Shown here piece after piece: positions 45,704 to 54,277 of a stretch of 64,000 nucleotides of DNA (its first letter is position 1; each line of letters begins with the position of its first letter). The DNA is taken from positions 138,924 to 202,923 of the forward strand of contig CAYPHA010000001.1 of NCBI GenBank assembly GCA_964410215.1, written 5' to 3'. Made by a program: the position numbers and the translations under genes. The stretch comes from an uncultured Calditrichota bacterium (GTDB lineage: Bacteria > Calditrichota > Calditrichia > Calditrichales > CAYPHA01). Below the pieces are notes generated by a model, which saw only the letters and a program-made list of their open reading frames with translations, did no database searches and was not told the origin of the DNA.

Positions 45704-45892
45704 ATGTCTGATCATAATTGCGGTGATTGCGCCTTCCGGGCCAAATATGATGCCAATCCGAAATCTTTTCTGGGCCGGCTGTGGCGCTGGCATGCCAACT
45801 GGTGCCCGGGATGGAAAGGTTTTATGGAATCGCTGCAGGAAGAGGAACGCAAACGCATTGCAGAACAGTATGACATGAAAAAATTCCATTAG
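45704..45892 (+). CDS. small Cys/Trp-rich hypothetical protein (62 aa)
   Basis: SD ggaggg 5 nt upstream. Sequence MSDHNCGDCAFRAKYDANPKSFLGRLWRWHANWCPGWKGF..., with a CxxC pair plus a third Cys. Confidence 0.6.
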   Translation: MSDHNCGDCAFRAKYDANPKSFLGRLWRWHANWCPGWKGFMESLQEEERKRIAEQYDMKKFH

Positions 45893-45940
45893 GTCTCGCA
45901 CAGATGAGACTGTATAAAGTTTTCATCGCCGTTCTCTTTT

Positions 45941-46318
45941 GTGTTTATACTTTTTCATGTGAGGAGGAGCCGCGTCTACCTGACCGGTCTCAGCATGGGC
46001 GGCGAAGGGACCTGGTATATTGCTGAGCAGTATCCGGAGGTGTTTGCTGCCATCGCGCCGGTTTGCGGACGTTCCGGTGCCATTGAGCGTATCCGCAGGG
46101 ACGCCGGAAAGATCACCGGCATTCCGACCTGGATCTTTCACGGCGCGAAAGACCGTGTTTACAGCGTGGAGGAGTCCGATGTTATGTTCAAGCGGTTGTG
46201 GGATGTCAATCCGGATCTGCGTTATTACCGCTATCCGGACCTCGGGCACGGGGCAACCCACGCTGCAGCCTACCGGGATAGTGCGCTGTATCGATGGTTC
46301 TTGGAGCAAAAGAAATAG
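45941..46318 (+). pseudogene. N-terminally truncated alpha/beta-hydrolase (carboxylesterase/peptidase S9-like) fragment
   Basis: It begins right at the nucleophile elbow RVYLTGLSMGGEGTW and continues through IPTWIFHGAKDRVY and DLGHGATH to a normal C-terminus. The roughly 100-150 aa normally preceding the elbow are absent. Only a GTG start is available. Confidence 0.6.
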
Positions 46319-46456
46319 AAGAATGAGCAGTGACTGTTCTTGCAACGCCCACCTTTTTATGACGCAAATCCTGCCTGATTTAAGAAAAATTCTCATCACT
46401 CTGGGTGGAACAATTCGTAAGTATGTCCTATATTGATCGGAAAAAGGTTACATTAC

Positions 46457-47068
46457 ATGAATGAATTTTTCCGTTCCACAACCCTGTTACTGGTGCTGCT
46501 CAATCCGTTCCTGGTCATTGTCTACCTGGTCGATATCGTCCAGAAGATAGACCGGGCCAGATTCCACAGCGTGCTGATCAGGGCGGGCGTGATTTCAGCC
46601 TTTGTCTTCTGCACCTTTGCCATACTGGGTGATGCGGTCTTTTCCGGCATCATGCAGGCCCAGTTTGCGTCGTTTCAGATTTTCGGCGGTATTATTTTTT
46701 TTCTGATCGGCACCCAGTTTGTCTTCCGCGGACCAGCTGCTATCGAAATCCTCAGGGGGGAGTCTAAGCACATCGCCGGCGCCATCGCCATGCCGGTGCT
46801 GATCGGTCCGGGTACGATCAGTGCCAGCGTCGTTATCGGTCAACGCCTGGATCCGCTGCCGGCCTGTGCCGCCATCGTTTTTGCTTTGATCGTCTGTCTC
46901 GTTGTAATCGCCCTGCTGAAGGCGCTGCATGACCATGTGCGCCGGCGCAGAGAGGAACTGATCGAACGCTATATCGAGATCGCCGGACGCATTACGGCCC
47001 TTTTTGTCGGCACCATCGCCATCGAGATGATCATGCAGGGTATTCGTACATGGGTGGCAAAGTTTTAA
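46457..47068 (+). CDS. MarC-family (UPF0056) integral membrane protein
   Basis: Six TM segments, LLVLLNPF near the N-terminus, and the IGPGTIS motif. ATG at 46457 is preferred over the TTG at 46433. Confidence 0.85.
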   Translation: MNEFFRSTTLLLVLLNPFLVIVYLVDIVQKIDRARFHSVLIRAGVISAFVFCTFAILGDAVFSGIMQAQFASFQIFGGIIFFLIGTQFVFRGPAAIEILRGESKHIAGAIAMPVLIGPGTISASVVIGQRLDPLPACAAIVFALIVCLVVIALLKALHDHVRRRREELIERYIEIAGRITALFVGTIAIEMIMQGIRTWVAKF

Positions 47069-47159
47069 TGAACGAAAGGGAAATCGTCTGGCTGTCCTTT
47101 TGAACCATTTCTTCTTATCTTTGGGATGCCTCTATTAATCCGTTATCCGGGAGGTTCAC

Positions 47160-48896
47160 ATGATGCCCTCACCGATTCTAAAACAAAGATTTAGCTCCAT
47201 CGATAATCAGGACTACGGTGACTGTCAGATGCTCCTGGGCAGATACGATTTTAAACTGTTCACTCTGATTATACAGCAGATTCCCAAGGATCCCTATGCG
47301 CCGCCCCATACGGGCATCTACCGCATCCAGGCCCGGCGGGATGATCCGCGGATCGTGGCCCTGAAGACAGCTGACACGGTGCAGACCATTGCCAGTGCGG
47401 ATTTTCTGGCCCGCTGTTTTTTTCGGGCCGGGCAGGATATCTGTAAAGGCATCCGGGGAACCGGATACAGCGGACTGATTACGATCAACGAGCCCGGCCA
47501 GGCCATTCTGGAACGGAACAGTGTGATTATCACGGATCAGTTGATTGAGATCCGCTGCTTCCTGGGCATTCCGGCCGACGGGAGAAAAATCAATGCCAAC
47601 CTAGCCAAGACCATGTTTTTCGAAGAACTGCCCGAAATTGTCCGTGCGGCCCTGCTGAAGGAGAATATTAATTACGACAGCTACACGCACCATATTAATG
47701 CGATGGAGGACGCCGAATTTATACGTCATCAGCTTAAGGAACGCGGTCTCGTCGCCTTTATCGCCAATGGTGCCATCCTGCCCCGGGAAAGCGGCACCAG
47801 CGACCGGCCATTGGATTCCGGCAAGGCCGTGCCGTTCAAAGCACCGCAGGCCTTCGGGGTCCAGATCGAGCTGCCCCATCATGGCCGTATCAGCGGGATG
47901 GGCATTCCCGAAGGAATAACCCTGATCACCGGCGGAGGCTATCACGGCAAGTCAACCCTGCTCCGGACACTGGAACGGGGCATTTACAATCATATCCCCG
48001 GGGACGGCCGGACGTATTGTGTCTCCAATCCGCAAACGGTAAAAATACGGGCCTACAGCGGCCGCAGGGTGGTTAAAACGGATATCTCCCCGTTCATCCG
48101 GAATTTGCCTTTCAAGCAGGACACAACGGCTTTTTGCACGGAAAATGCCAGCGGAAGCACATCGCAGGCGGCTACTATCATCGAAGCCATCGAAGCAGGG
48201 GCCGGGGTGCTGCTGATGGATGAAGACACCTGTGCCACCAACTTCATGATCCGCGACCGCAAGATGCAACAGCTCGTCCGCAAGGAGGATGAACCGATCA
48301 CGACCTTCATCGACCGGGTGCGTCAGCTCTACGCAGAAAAGGAAATCTCAACCATCCTTGTTTTAGGGGGTATCGGGGACTATTTCGATGTGGCCGATCA
48401 TGTCATTCAGCTCGTCAGCTATGAACCGCGCGATGTAACCTCTGAAGCGCACCGTATCGCCGAAACCTTTCCGGAAAAGCGCATGACTGAGGATGCAACT
48501 TATCCGATACAACTGCGAGAACGCATTCCCCTTGCCGGGAGCATCGATCCCTGCAATCACTATGGTAAATTCAGCATCTACGCAAAGGAAGTTTTTCGTC
48601 TGAATTTCGGTGGCGAGACTGTTGACCTGACGGATCTGGAGCAGCTTATTGAGCTTTCACAGACAAAAGCACTGGGTTTTGCCGTCGAATACGCCAGAAA
48701 ATATATGGATGGGCATTTAACGCTTCGCGAAGTGGCTTTAATAGTGCAGGAGGATATTGAAAAAAACGGTTTGGATGTATTGAGCGACCGGATTTCGGGT
48801 CATTTTGCGCGTTTTCGTTCACTGGAGCTGGTTTCTGCATTGAACAGGATCAGGGGCTTCGATGTCATTCAGGCGGGTACTCAGGGTGACAACTGA
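47160..48896 (+). CDS. predicted ABC-class ATPase (COG3044-type, uncharacterised family)
   Basis: SD gggagg. GGGYHGKSTLLRTLERGIYNHIPGDGR (P-loop variant), LLMDEDTCATNFM (Walker B-like), and N-terminal YGDCQMLLGRYDF. Confidence 0.8.
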   Translation: MMPSPILKQRFSSIDNQDYGDCQMLLGRYDFKLFTLIIQQIPKDPYAPPHTGIYRIQARRDDPRIVALKTADTVQTIASADFLARCFFRAGQDICKGIRGTGYSGLITINEPGQAILERNSVIITDQLIEIRCFLGIPADGRKINANLAKTMFFEELPEIVRAALLKENINYDSYTHHINAMEDAEFIRHQLKERGLVAFIANGAILPRESGTSDRPLDSGKAVPFKAPQAFGVQIELPHHGRISGMGIPEGITLITGGGYHGKSTLLRTLERGIYNHIPGDGRTYCVSNPQTVKIRAYSGRRVVKTDISPFIRNLPFKQDTTAFCTENASGSTSQAATIIEAIEAGAGVLLMDEDTCATNFMIRDRKMQQLVRKEDEPITTFIDRVRQLYAEKEISTILVLGGIGDYFDVADHVIQLVSYEPRDVTSEAHRIAETFPEKRMTEDATYPIQLRERIPLAGSIDPCNHYGKFSIYAKEVFRLNFGGETVDLTDLEQLIELSQTKALGFAVEYARKYMDGHLTLREVALIVQEDIEKNGLDVLSDRISGHFARFRSLELVSALNRIRGFDVIQAGTQGDN

Positions 48897-48959
48897 TCCA
48901 TTTTCCATGTACCTGCCGGTTCTATTATAAAACGGAAGCGATCGTGCAGCCGGTTTTAG

Positions 48960-49823
48960 TCATTTTCCCTGTCTTGTGAGACCCGGTTCCAGCAGACCGC
49001 TGTAAAAGGTTGCCAGTTGCTCTTTATATACATTTTTCAAAGGCAGGTCGTTGTGTCCGCCGTCTTCGATAATATAAAGGTTTTTCCGGGAAACAACCGC
49101 TTTTTTATAAAGATCTTCAGCCATTTCCTTTGGTGTTACCTGATCATCCTCTCCGGTAATGATCAGAACCGGTTTCTCCAGCTTCTTAATTTCCTCGCGA
49201 TTACCCACCTGAAGCAGCTCCTCATCCAGCTTAAAAGATATGAAGGGTTTCAGGAAAAAGGGCACCAGTCGATCGGTCAGGTCTTTTACATCGGTAACCG
49301 GGCTCTCCAGCACCACTCCGGCGGCCGGATTCTGATTGGCCAGCCAGAGAGCCAGCATCGAGCCCATGGAATGTCCGTGGATAATCAACTGATCCGGATG
49401 AATCTGTTTTTGTGTCGTAATGTACTGGTATGCGGCCTGAGCATCGTGCTTGAGTCCGTCAACGGATGGCCGGCCGGAACTCTGACCATAACCCCGGTAA
49501 TCAAAAGCGAACACATTCATTCCCTGCTCGTAAATAGAACCCAGAATATCCCCGGCGATGGCCAGCAGAAATCCGTTGCCGCCCAGGTACAGAACTGTAC
49601 CGCGGGCATCTTCCCGGGTCAGATACCATGCATGTATCAGCGTTGTATCATCCGGCTGGAAGGTGATTTCGTCAACCGCGATGCCGGTTGATTTTAACAG
49701 ATCCGCGGTCACTGTTTTTTTAGCGTCAAAGGCATCCTGTTCTTTAATATTAATGGTCTTACAGGAATTCAATGAAAACAACATCAGTAACACCATCAGC
49801 AATTTTAAAAAAAGCCTTTTCAT
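48960..49823 (-). CDS. alpha/beta-hydrolase lipoprotein
   Basis: Lipobox FSLNSC. LYLGGNG, nucleophile elbow IHGHSMGS, and GEDDQVTP with GGHND. Confidence 0.85.
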   Translation of the reverse strand: MKRLFLKLLMVLLMLFSLNSCKTINIKEQDAFDAKKTVTADLLKSTGIAVDEITFQPDDTTLIHAWYLTREDARGTVLYLGGNGFLLAIAGDILGSIYEQGMNVFAFDYRGYGQSSGRPSVDGLKHDAQAAYQYITTQKQIHPDQLIIHGHSMGSMLALWLANQNPAAGVVLESPVTDVKDLTDRLVPFFLKPFISFKLDEELLQVGNREEIKKLEKPVLIITGEDDQVTPKEMAEDLYKKAVVSRKNLYIIEDGGHNDLPLKNVYKEQLATFYSGLLEPGLTRQGK

Positions 49824-50177
49824 GTCCAGTTTTTCCCCCGTTTATGCATAATATAGTTTTACCACCACATTGTGGCACGTTCGCCTTTAAACGGACCGAC
49901 AATGTTTTTTGTAATCCATCCCCCGTAAAATCCCCCTGGTTGCGTTGAAAACCTTGAATTCACCTTCGACAATTTTTGGTACTTTCCTTAATTAATTTTA
50001 TTCTATGAACAACCTTTATCTTAATTATAAACCTGGCGGAAATGTAAAAGTTCGTCTAGAAATTGTCAAGAAAAACGAGTCTTTTATTATTGTGTTTTTT
50101 CGGAGAACAAATTGATATATTCCATAATATATTGATAATAATTAAATTAAATGCATAACATCTTATATGATTTTATT

Positions 50178-50206
50178 TTGACAATTATTAGACATTTATG
50201 TATATT
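50178..50206 (+). promoter_or_regulatory. near-consensus sigma70 promoter placed to give a leaderless MerR-B12 transcript
   Basis: TTGACA (50178-50183), 17-nt spacer, TATATT (50201-50206). The ATG at 50212 lies only 5 nt after the -10 hexamer, and no SD is present. Confidence 0.55.
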
Positions 50207-50211
50207 CGGTC

Positions 50212-51135
50212 ATGGAAAGTGAAAAAAAATACCCCATTAAAGTCGTATCGAATAAGACCGGATTGAGTTTGCACGTAATCCGTGCCTGGGAAAAGCGCTA
50301 CAATGCGGTTCAGCCGCGGCGTACGGAAACAAACCGGCGCCTGTACAGTGAAGAAGATATCACCCGGCTTTCGTTATTAAAAGAGGCTACCGGGCAGGGG
50401 TACAGTATCGGGAACATCGCCGGGCTATCTCTTTCCGAGTTGCAGCAGATGATGGAGACGGTAAGGGAGGGCCCTTCAAGGGAAGTCTCGGCGGAACATT
50501 CAGCGGATCCTGCCGGTTTTTATAAAGAGTCATTGGACGCCATATTCGCATTTGATGCAAATACGTTTGAAAAAACGCTGACCCGGGCCTCGGTTTTGCT
50601 GACGCAACCGGTTTTGATCGATAAAGTGGTTGTTCCCGTTGTTGAACAGATCGGACGCTTATGGCGGGATGGAACGCTCCGGATCATGCACGAACATATG
50701 GCTACGGCGATCATGAAAACGTTTCTGTCCAATCTCAGGAACGGTTATCGTCCGGCTCCTAATGCGCCGGGGCTTATAGTAACGACACCAATTGGTCAGC
50801 TTCACGAACTCGGTGCACTGATTTCGGCGCTTGTGGCTGCAGCGGAAGGATGGGATGTGACCTTTCTTGGCGCAAACCTTCCCGCTGAAGAAATTGCTGC
50901 GGCGTCGATTACAAAGAAAGTCAAAGCGGTAGTGCTCAGTATTGTTTACCCGGCTGATGATCCATTATTATACCATGAACTCGGGAATATACGGAAACTG
51001 GTTCCGGAAAATGTACAGATTATAATGGGGGGGAGGTCGGCGGTTCATTATAAAGAGGCGATCGATAAAATTCACGCGCAGTTGAGTACGGATTTGTCCG
51101 ATTTCCGTGACCGTCTTCAGGTTATCGAAAAATAA
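50212..51135 (+). CDS. CarH/LitR-type MerR-family regulator with adenosylcobalamin-binding photosensor domain
   Basis: MerR HTH YPIKVVSNKTGLSLHVIRAWEKRY. W151-x9-E161-H162 (LWRDGTLRIMHEH). B12 motif QLH198ELG, then x41, S243IV, x27, G273G. Confidence 0.85.
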   Translation: MESEKKYPIKVVSNKTGLSLHVIRAWEKRYNAVQPRRTETNRRLYSEEDITRLSLLKEATGQGYSIGNIAGLSLSELQQMMETVREGPSREVSAEHSADPAGFYKESLDAIFAFDANTFEKTLTRASVLLTQPVLIDKVVVPVVEQIGRLWRDGTLRIMHEHMATAIMKTFLSNLRNGYRPAPNAPGLIVTTPIGQLHELGALISALVAAAEGWDVTFLGANLPAEEIAAASITKKVKAVVLSIVYPADDPLLYHELGNIRKLVPENVQIIMGGRSAVHYKEAIDKIHAQLSTDLSDFRDRLQVIEK

Positions 51136-51147
51136 GGACTCACATTT

Positions 51148-51355
51148 ATGAATAGACGAACATATCTGGTAATCGGTGCTTCTTCAGGTATTGGTAAACA
51201 GGTTTCCGAACAGCTTTTAAAAACCGGGAACCGTGTCATAGGAACCTGCAATAAAAACAGGACGGAAGGTTCGAATGATAAGATCACCAAAGTCCTCATG
51301 GATAAGCGGGCACATATTTCATGTTGATGGCGGCATGTCATCCTTTAAGGTTTAA
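51148..51355 (+). pseudogene. collapsed SDR gene (N-terminal Rossmann end joined to the C-terminal end, frameshifted)
   Basis: MNRRTYLVIGASSGIGKQVSEQLLKTGNRVIGT...KVLMD runs into a stop. In another frame it continues as SGHIFHVDGGMSSFKV*. About 180 aa of a normal roughly 250-aa SDR are missing. Confidence 0.65.
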
Positions 51356-51358
51356 CCG

Positions 51359-52786
51359 ATGAAAATCCTTCTAACCGGTGCCACCGGATATATTGGTCAG
51401 AGGCTGTTGCCCTCACTTCTGCAGGCGGGCCATGAGGTTGTATGCTGTGTCCGTGATACCTCCCGGTTTGACCTGAACCGTTATCATACGGAAAAGATAC
51501 AGGTTATTCAGACTGATTTTCTTGATGTATCTACTTTGTCTGATATCCCGAAAGACATTGATGCCGCCTATTACCTGCTTCATTCCATGGCGACGACGTA
51601 TAGTAATTTCGAAGAGATGGAGCAACAATCGGCCGGGAATTTTAAAAGGGCGCTGGAAAAAACGGATGTCAGGCAGGTTATATACCTTAGCGGTATTGTC
51701 AATGAAAATAAACTTTCCAAACACCTGCAATCCCGGAAGAAAGTGGAGGAGATACTCGCATCCGATACCTACAGCCTGACAACCCTGCGGGCGGGTATCA
51801 TCGTCGGATCCGGCAGTGCTTCTTTCGAGATCATTAGGGACCTGGTCGAAAAATTACCGGTTATGATCGCGCCTAAATGGCTGAACACCAAATCCAATCC
51901 CATCGCTATCCGTAACGTGATTGCCTTTCTGAAAGGCGTTTTGATGCGGCGGGAAACCTTCAACAAAAGTTTTGATATCGGCGGACCGGAAGTGCTTACC
52001 TACAAGGATTTATTATTGAAATTTGCCGGCATCCGTCATTTAAAACGAATGATCTTTACCGTTCCGGTGATGACGCCGCGATTATCTTCCTACTGGCTGT
52101 ATTTTGTGACGTCCACCTCCTATGACCTGGCCAGAAACCTGGTGGACAGCATGAAGGTGAACGTTGTCTGCCGGGATCATACCCTGGCAGAGTTGCTTGA
52201 CATTAAGCTGATTTCCTATGAAGAGGCCATTCGCCGGGCTTTTGACCGTGTCGAGCATCACCAGGTGGTATCGAGCTGGAAAGATGCACTGAATATGACG
52301 TCACTCGATCATAACCTTACCAGGTATTTCGAAGTGCCGGTATACGGCTGTTTCAAAGATGTGCATACCTTGAAAATAAACGATCCGGAGCAGGTTCTGA
52401 ATAAAATCTGGTCTATTGGTGGAACCGAGGGCTGGTATCATGCCAATTGGCTCTGGGAACTGCGGGGATTTCTGGACCAATTGGTCGGTGGTGTTGGATT
52501 GCGCCGGGGACGGAAAAACCAGACTGAACTTGCCAATGGGGAGGCACTTGATTTCTGGCGCGTGCTGATTGCCGACAAAAAACAAAAGCGATTACTGCTG
52601 TTCGCCGAAATGAAACTGCCCGGAGAAGCGTGGCTGGAATTTAAGATCGATACCGATAATGTATTGCATCAGACGGCAACATTCCGACCCCTGGGACTTC
52701 TGGGACGGTTGTACTGGTATGCAGTTTTACCTTTTCACGGTTATGTTTTCAAGGGAATGATACGTAAACTGGCCCAAGAATCATAA
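51359..52786 (+). CDS. NAD(P)-binding atypical SDR fused to a DUF2867-like C-terminal domain
   Basis: ILLTGATGYIGQRL. C-terminal ALDFWRVLIADKKQKRLLLFAEMKLPGEAWLEFKI is typical of the DUF2867 family as I recall it. Confidence 0.8.
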   Translation: MKILLTGATGYIGQRLLPSLLQAGHEVVCCVRDTSRFDLNRYHTEKIQVIQTDFLDVSTLSDIPKDIDAAYYLLHSMATTYSNFEEMEQQSAGNFKRALEKTDVRQVIYLSGIVNENKLSKHLQSRKKVEEILASDTYSLTTLRAGIIVGSGSASFEIIRDLVEKLPVMIAPKWLNTKSNPIAIRNVIAFLKGVLMRRETFNKSFDIGGPEVLTYKDLLLKFAGIRHLKRMIFTVPVMTPRLSSYWLYFVTSTSYDLARNLVDSMKVNVVCRDHTLAELLDIKLISYEEAIRRAFDRVEHHQVVSSWKDALNMTSLDHNLTRYFEVPVYGCFKDVHTLKINDPEQVLNKIWSIGGTEGWYHANWLWELRGFLDQLVGGVGLRRGRKNQTELANGEALDFWRVLIADKKQKRLLLFAEMKLPGEAWLEFKIDTDNVLHQTATFRPLGLLGRLYWYAVLPFHGYVFKGMIRKLAQES

Positions 52787-52982
52787 AGGATCCAATCCTG
52801 ATACTATGAAACCGGTTACTCTCGTATTTCCGCGCCTTCCCCGGTATGTACTGAAAAAACACCGGTTTTTTGTGAAGTGAATACGATTCCTCTGAATTCA
52901 TTCGAGGGATATTTACGTCGGCTCATCGGGTGCCGCGAGTTCATCAGTGGTTTACGGAAACGTTTATTAAGGACCTGACGGG

Positions 52983-53759
52983 ATGAAATATACTGATCAA
53001 ATGGGGTATAAGCTCACCCTTAAAGATACGCCCCGCCGGATCGTATCTCTGGTACCTTCCATAACGGAATTGCTCTTTGATATGGGCCTGGAAAATGAAA
53101 TCGTTGGTATTACGCGCTACTGTGTATACCCGAAAGACAAAGTCGGCGGGAAACCCCGTATCGGCGGAACAAAACTATTCGACTATGGCCAAATCAACCT
53201 GTTGAAGCCGGATCTGATCATCGCGAGTAAGGAAGAGAATTACCCGGAAGGTATCCATTGGTTGAAGCAACGCTATCCGGTCTGGATGAGCGATGTCAAT
53301 ACACTGGAAGATGCCCTCGAAATGATCCGAACCATGGGCCGGATGCTGAACCGGTATAATGTCGCTGAACAAATGGCCGGTTTGATCAACAGGGCAATGG
53401 AAAAACTCTCCTTTACACCTCAGATAAAAACGGCCTACCTGATCTGGAAAAATCCTTTTATGGTGGCTGGTGGTGCAACGTTTATCAATGACATGCTGGA
53501 GAAGTGCGGATTCCGCAATCTATTCAGGGAAAGGCCACGTTATCCTGTAATCACAATAGAAGAGCTGAAGGGGGCGGAACTGATTATCTTGCCATCGGAG
53601 CCCTATCCATTTGGAGCTGACGACAGGGAATCGATTAAAATGGTATATCCGGGAAAAAGGATTGAGAGGGTAGATGGGACCTGTTTTTCCTGGTATGGGA
53701 GCCGGTTATTGAGGGCGGCCGATTATTTCCGGGATTTTCGTTGCAAAATTGCAAAATAA
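52983..53759 (+). CDS. BtuF-like cobalamin/iron-complex binding protein (class 8 periplasmic-binding fold) without a signal peptide
   Basis: PRRIVSLVPSITELLFDMGLENEIVGIT and KPDLIIAS. 258 aa. The N-terminus MKYTDQMGYK is not hydrophobic. Confidence 0.75.
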   Translation: MKYTDQMGYKLTLKDTPRRIVSLVPSITELLFDMGLENEIVGITRYCVYPKDKVGGKPRIGGTKLFDYGQINLLKPDLIIASKEENYPEGIHWLKQRYPVWMSDVNTLEDALEMIRTMGRMLNRYNVAEQMAGLINRAMEKLSFTPQIKTAYLIWKNPFMVAGGATFINDMLEKCGFRNLFRERPRYPVITIEELKGAELIILPSEPYPFGADDRESIKMVYPGKRIERVDGTCFSWYGSRLLRAADYFRDFRCKIAK

Positions 53760-54191
53760 TCAATTGTCGCGGCAATCCGGGCAGACGACGTTAAAATGGA
53801 CACTGTAGTAGAGCAGATCGTTCTCCTCAGTCACGGACTGCGGGATGCTGATTTTATCCAGGCCTTCGTCAAACAGGTCGACCACCTTTTTACATTTGAC
53901 ACACACGACATGATGATGTTGTTCGGTCACCGGATCGTAACGTATGGTATTGTGCAGGTTCGTGACGAGTGAGACAATGCCGTTTTTTTCAAACGTTTCC
54001 AGGGTTTTATAAACGGTGGCAAACGAGATCGTCGGATTCTCGGTCTTTATTTTCTTATGGATATGTTCCGGGTTGGGATGTGAATTGTCATTGACCAGCG
54101 CCTTGAATATAGCCAGACGCTGAGGTGTTACACTGAGATTGCGTTCCCTGCAATTCTGTATAAACTGATCGATTTGTTTTTGATCCTTCAT
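53760..54191 (-). CDS. Fur-family metalloregulator (Fur/PerR/Zur class not resolved)
   Basis: LSVTPQRLAIFKAL, FATVYKTLETFEKNGIV, HHHVVCVKCKKVVD and CPDC. Confidence 0.9.
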   Translation of the reverse strand: MKDQKQIDQFIQNCRERNLSVTPQRLAIFKALVNDNSHPNPEHIHKKIKTENPTISFATVYKTLETFEKNGIVSLVTNLHNTIRYDPVTEQHHHVVCVKCKKVVDLFDEGLDKISIPQSVTEENDLLYYSVHFNVVCPDCRDN

Positions 54192-54258
54192 CGCTCACCA
54201 AATAAGTGTATAAACATTTTTTTATAGTAATGGTTATCGCTTCAAAATGCAATAACAA

Positions 54259-54277
54259 AATAATGATTTTGAATATT
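54259..54277. promoter_or_regulatory. Fur-box-like 19-mer upstream of the fur-family gene
   Basis: AATAATGATTTTGAATATT matches GATAATGATAATCATTATC at 13 of 19 positions. It lies in the fur/lipoprotein divergent region. Confidence 0.35.

Noticed and set aside
45599-46399. Minus-strand ORFs of 100 aa and 158 aa
   Set aside because: They overlap the plus-strand small Cys-rich ORF and the esterase fragment, which have recognisable features. The minus products are Pro/Arg-rich with no motifs.
49017-49691. 224-aa plus-strand ORF opposite the alpha/beta-hydrolase lipoprotein
   Set aside because: This is a shadow ORF. The minus-strand product has a lipobox and a GHSMG catalytic elbow.
49859-49972. 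37-codon minus-strand mini-ORF (TTG start; ...QPGGFYGGWITKNIVGPFKGERATMWW*) just upstream of the hydrolase lipoprotein gene, preceded by AAGGAAAG
   Set aside because: It is too short, has a non-ATG start, and matches no family I can name. It could be a small peptide or a relic, but I cannot support either from sequence alone.
51117-51341. 74-aa minus-strand ORF
   Set aside because: It lies antisense to the SDR relic, whose Rossmann and VDGG ends are recognisable on the plus strand.
52787-52982. Possible cobalamin riboswitch upstream of the BtuF-like gene
   Set aside because: I looked for the B12-box (approximately AGYCMGgAgaCCkGCC) and the GCCACTG element and found neither. The region has only a weak A6/T6 hairpin.
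52880-52982. Minus-strand reading MSRRKYPSNEFRGIVFTSQKTGVFSVHTGEGAEIRE reminiscent of a TnsA/transposase N-terminus
   Set aside because: The resemblance is vague and the ESxLE-type motif is absent. The ORF is under 40 aa, and there is no supporting transposon context.
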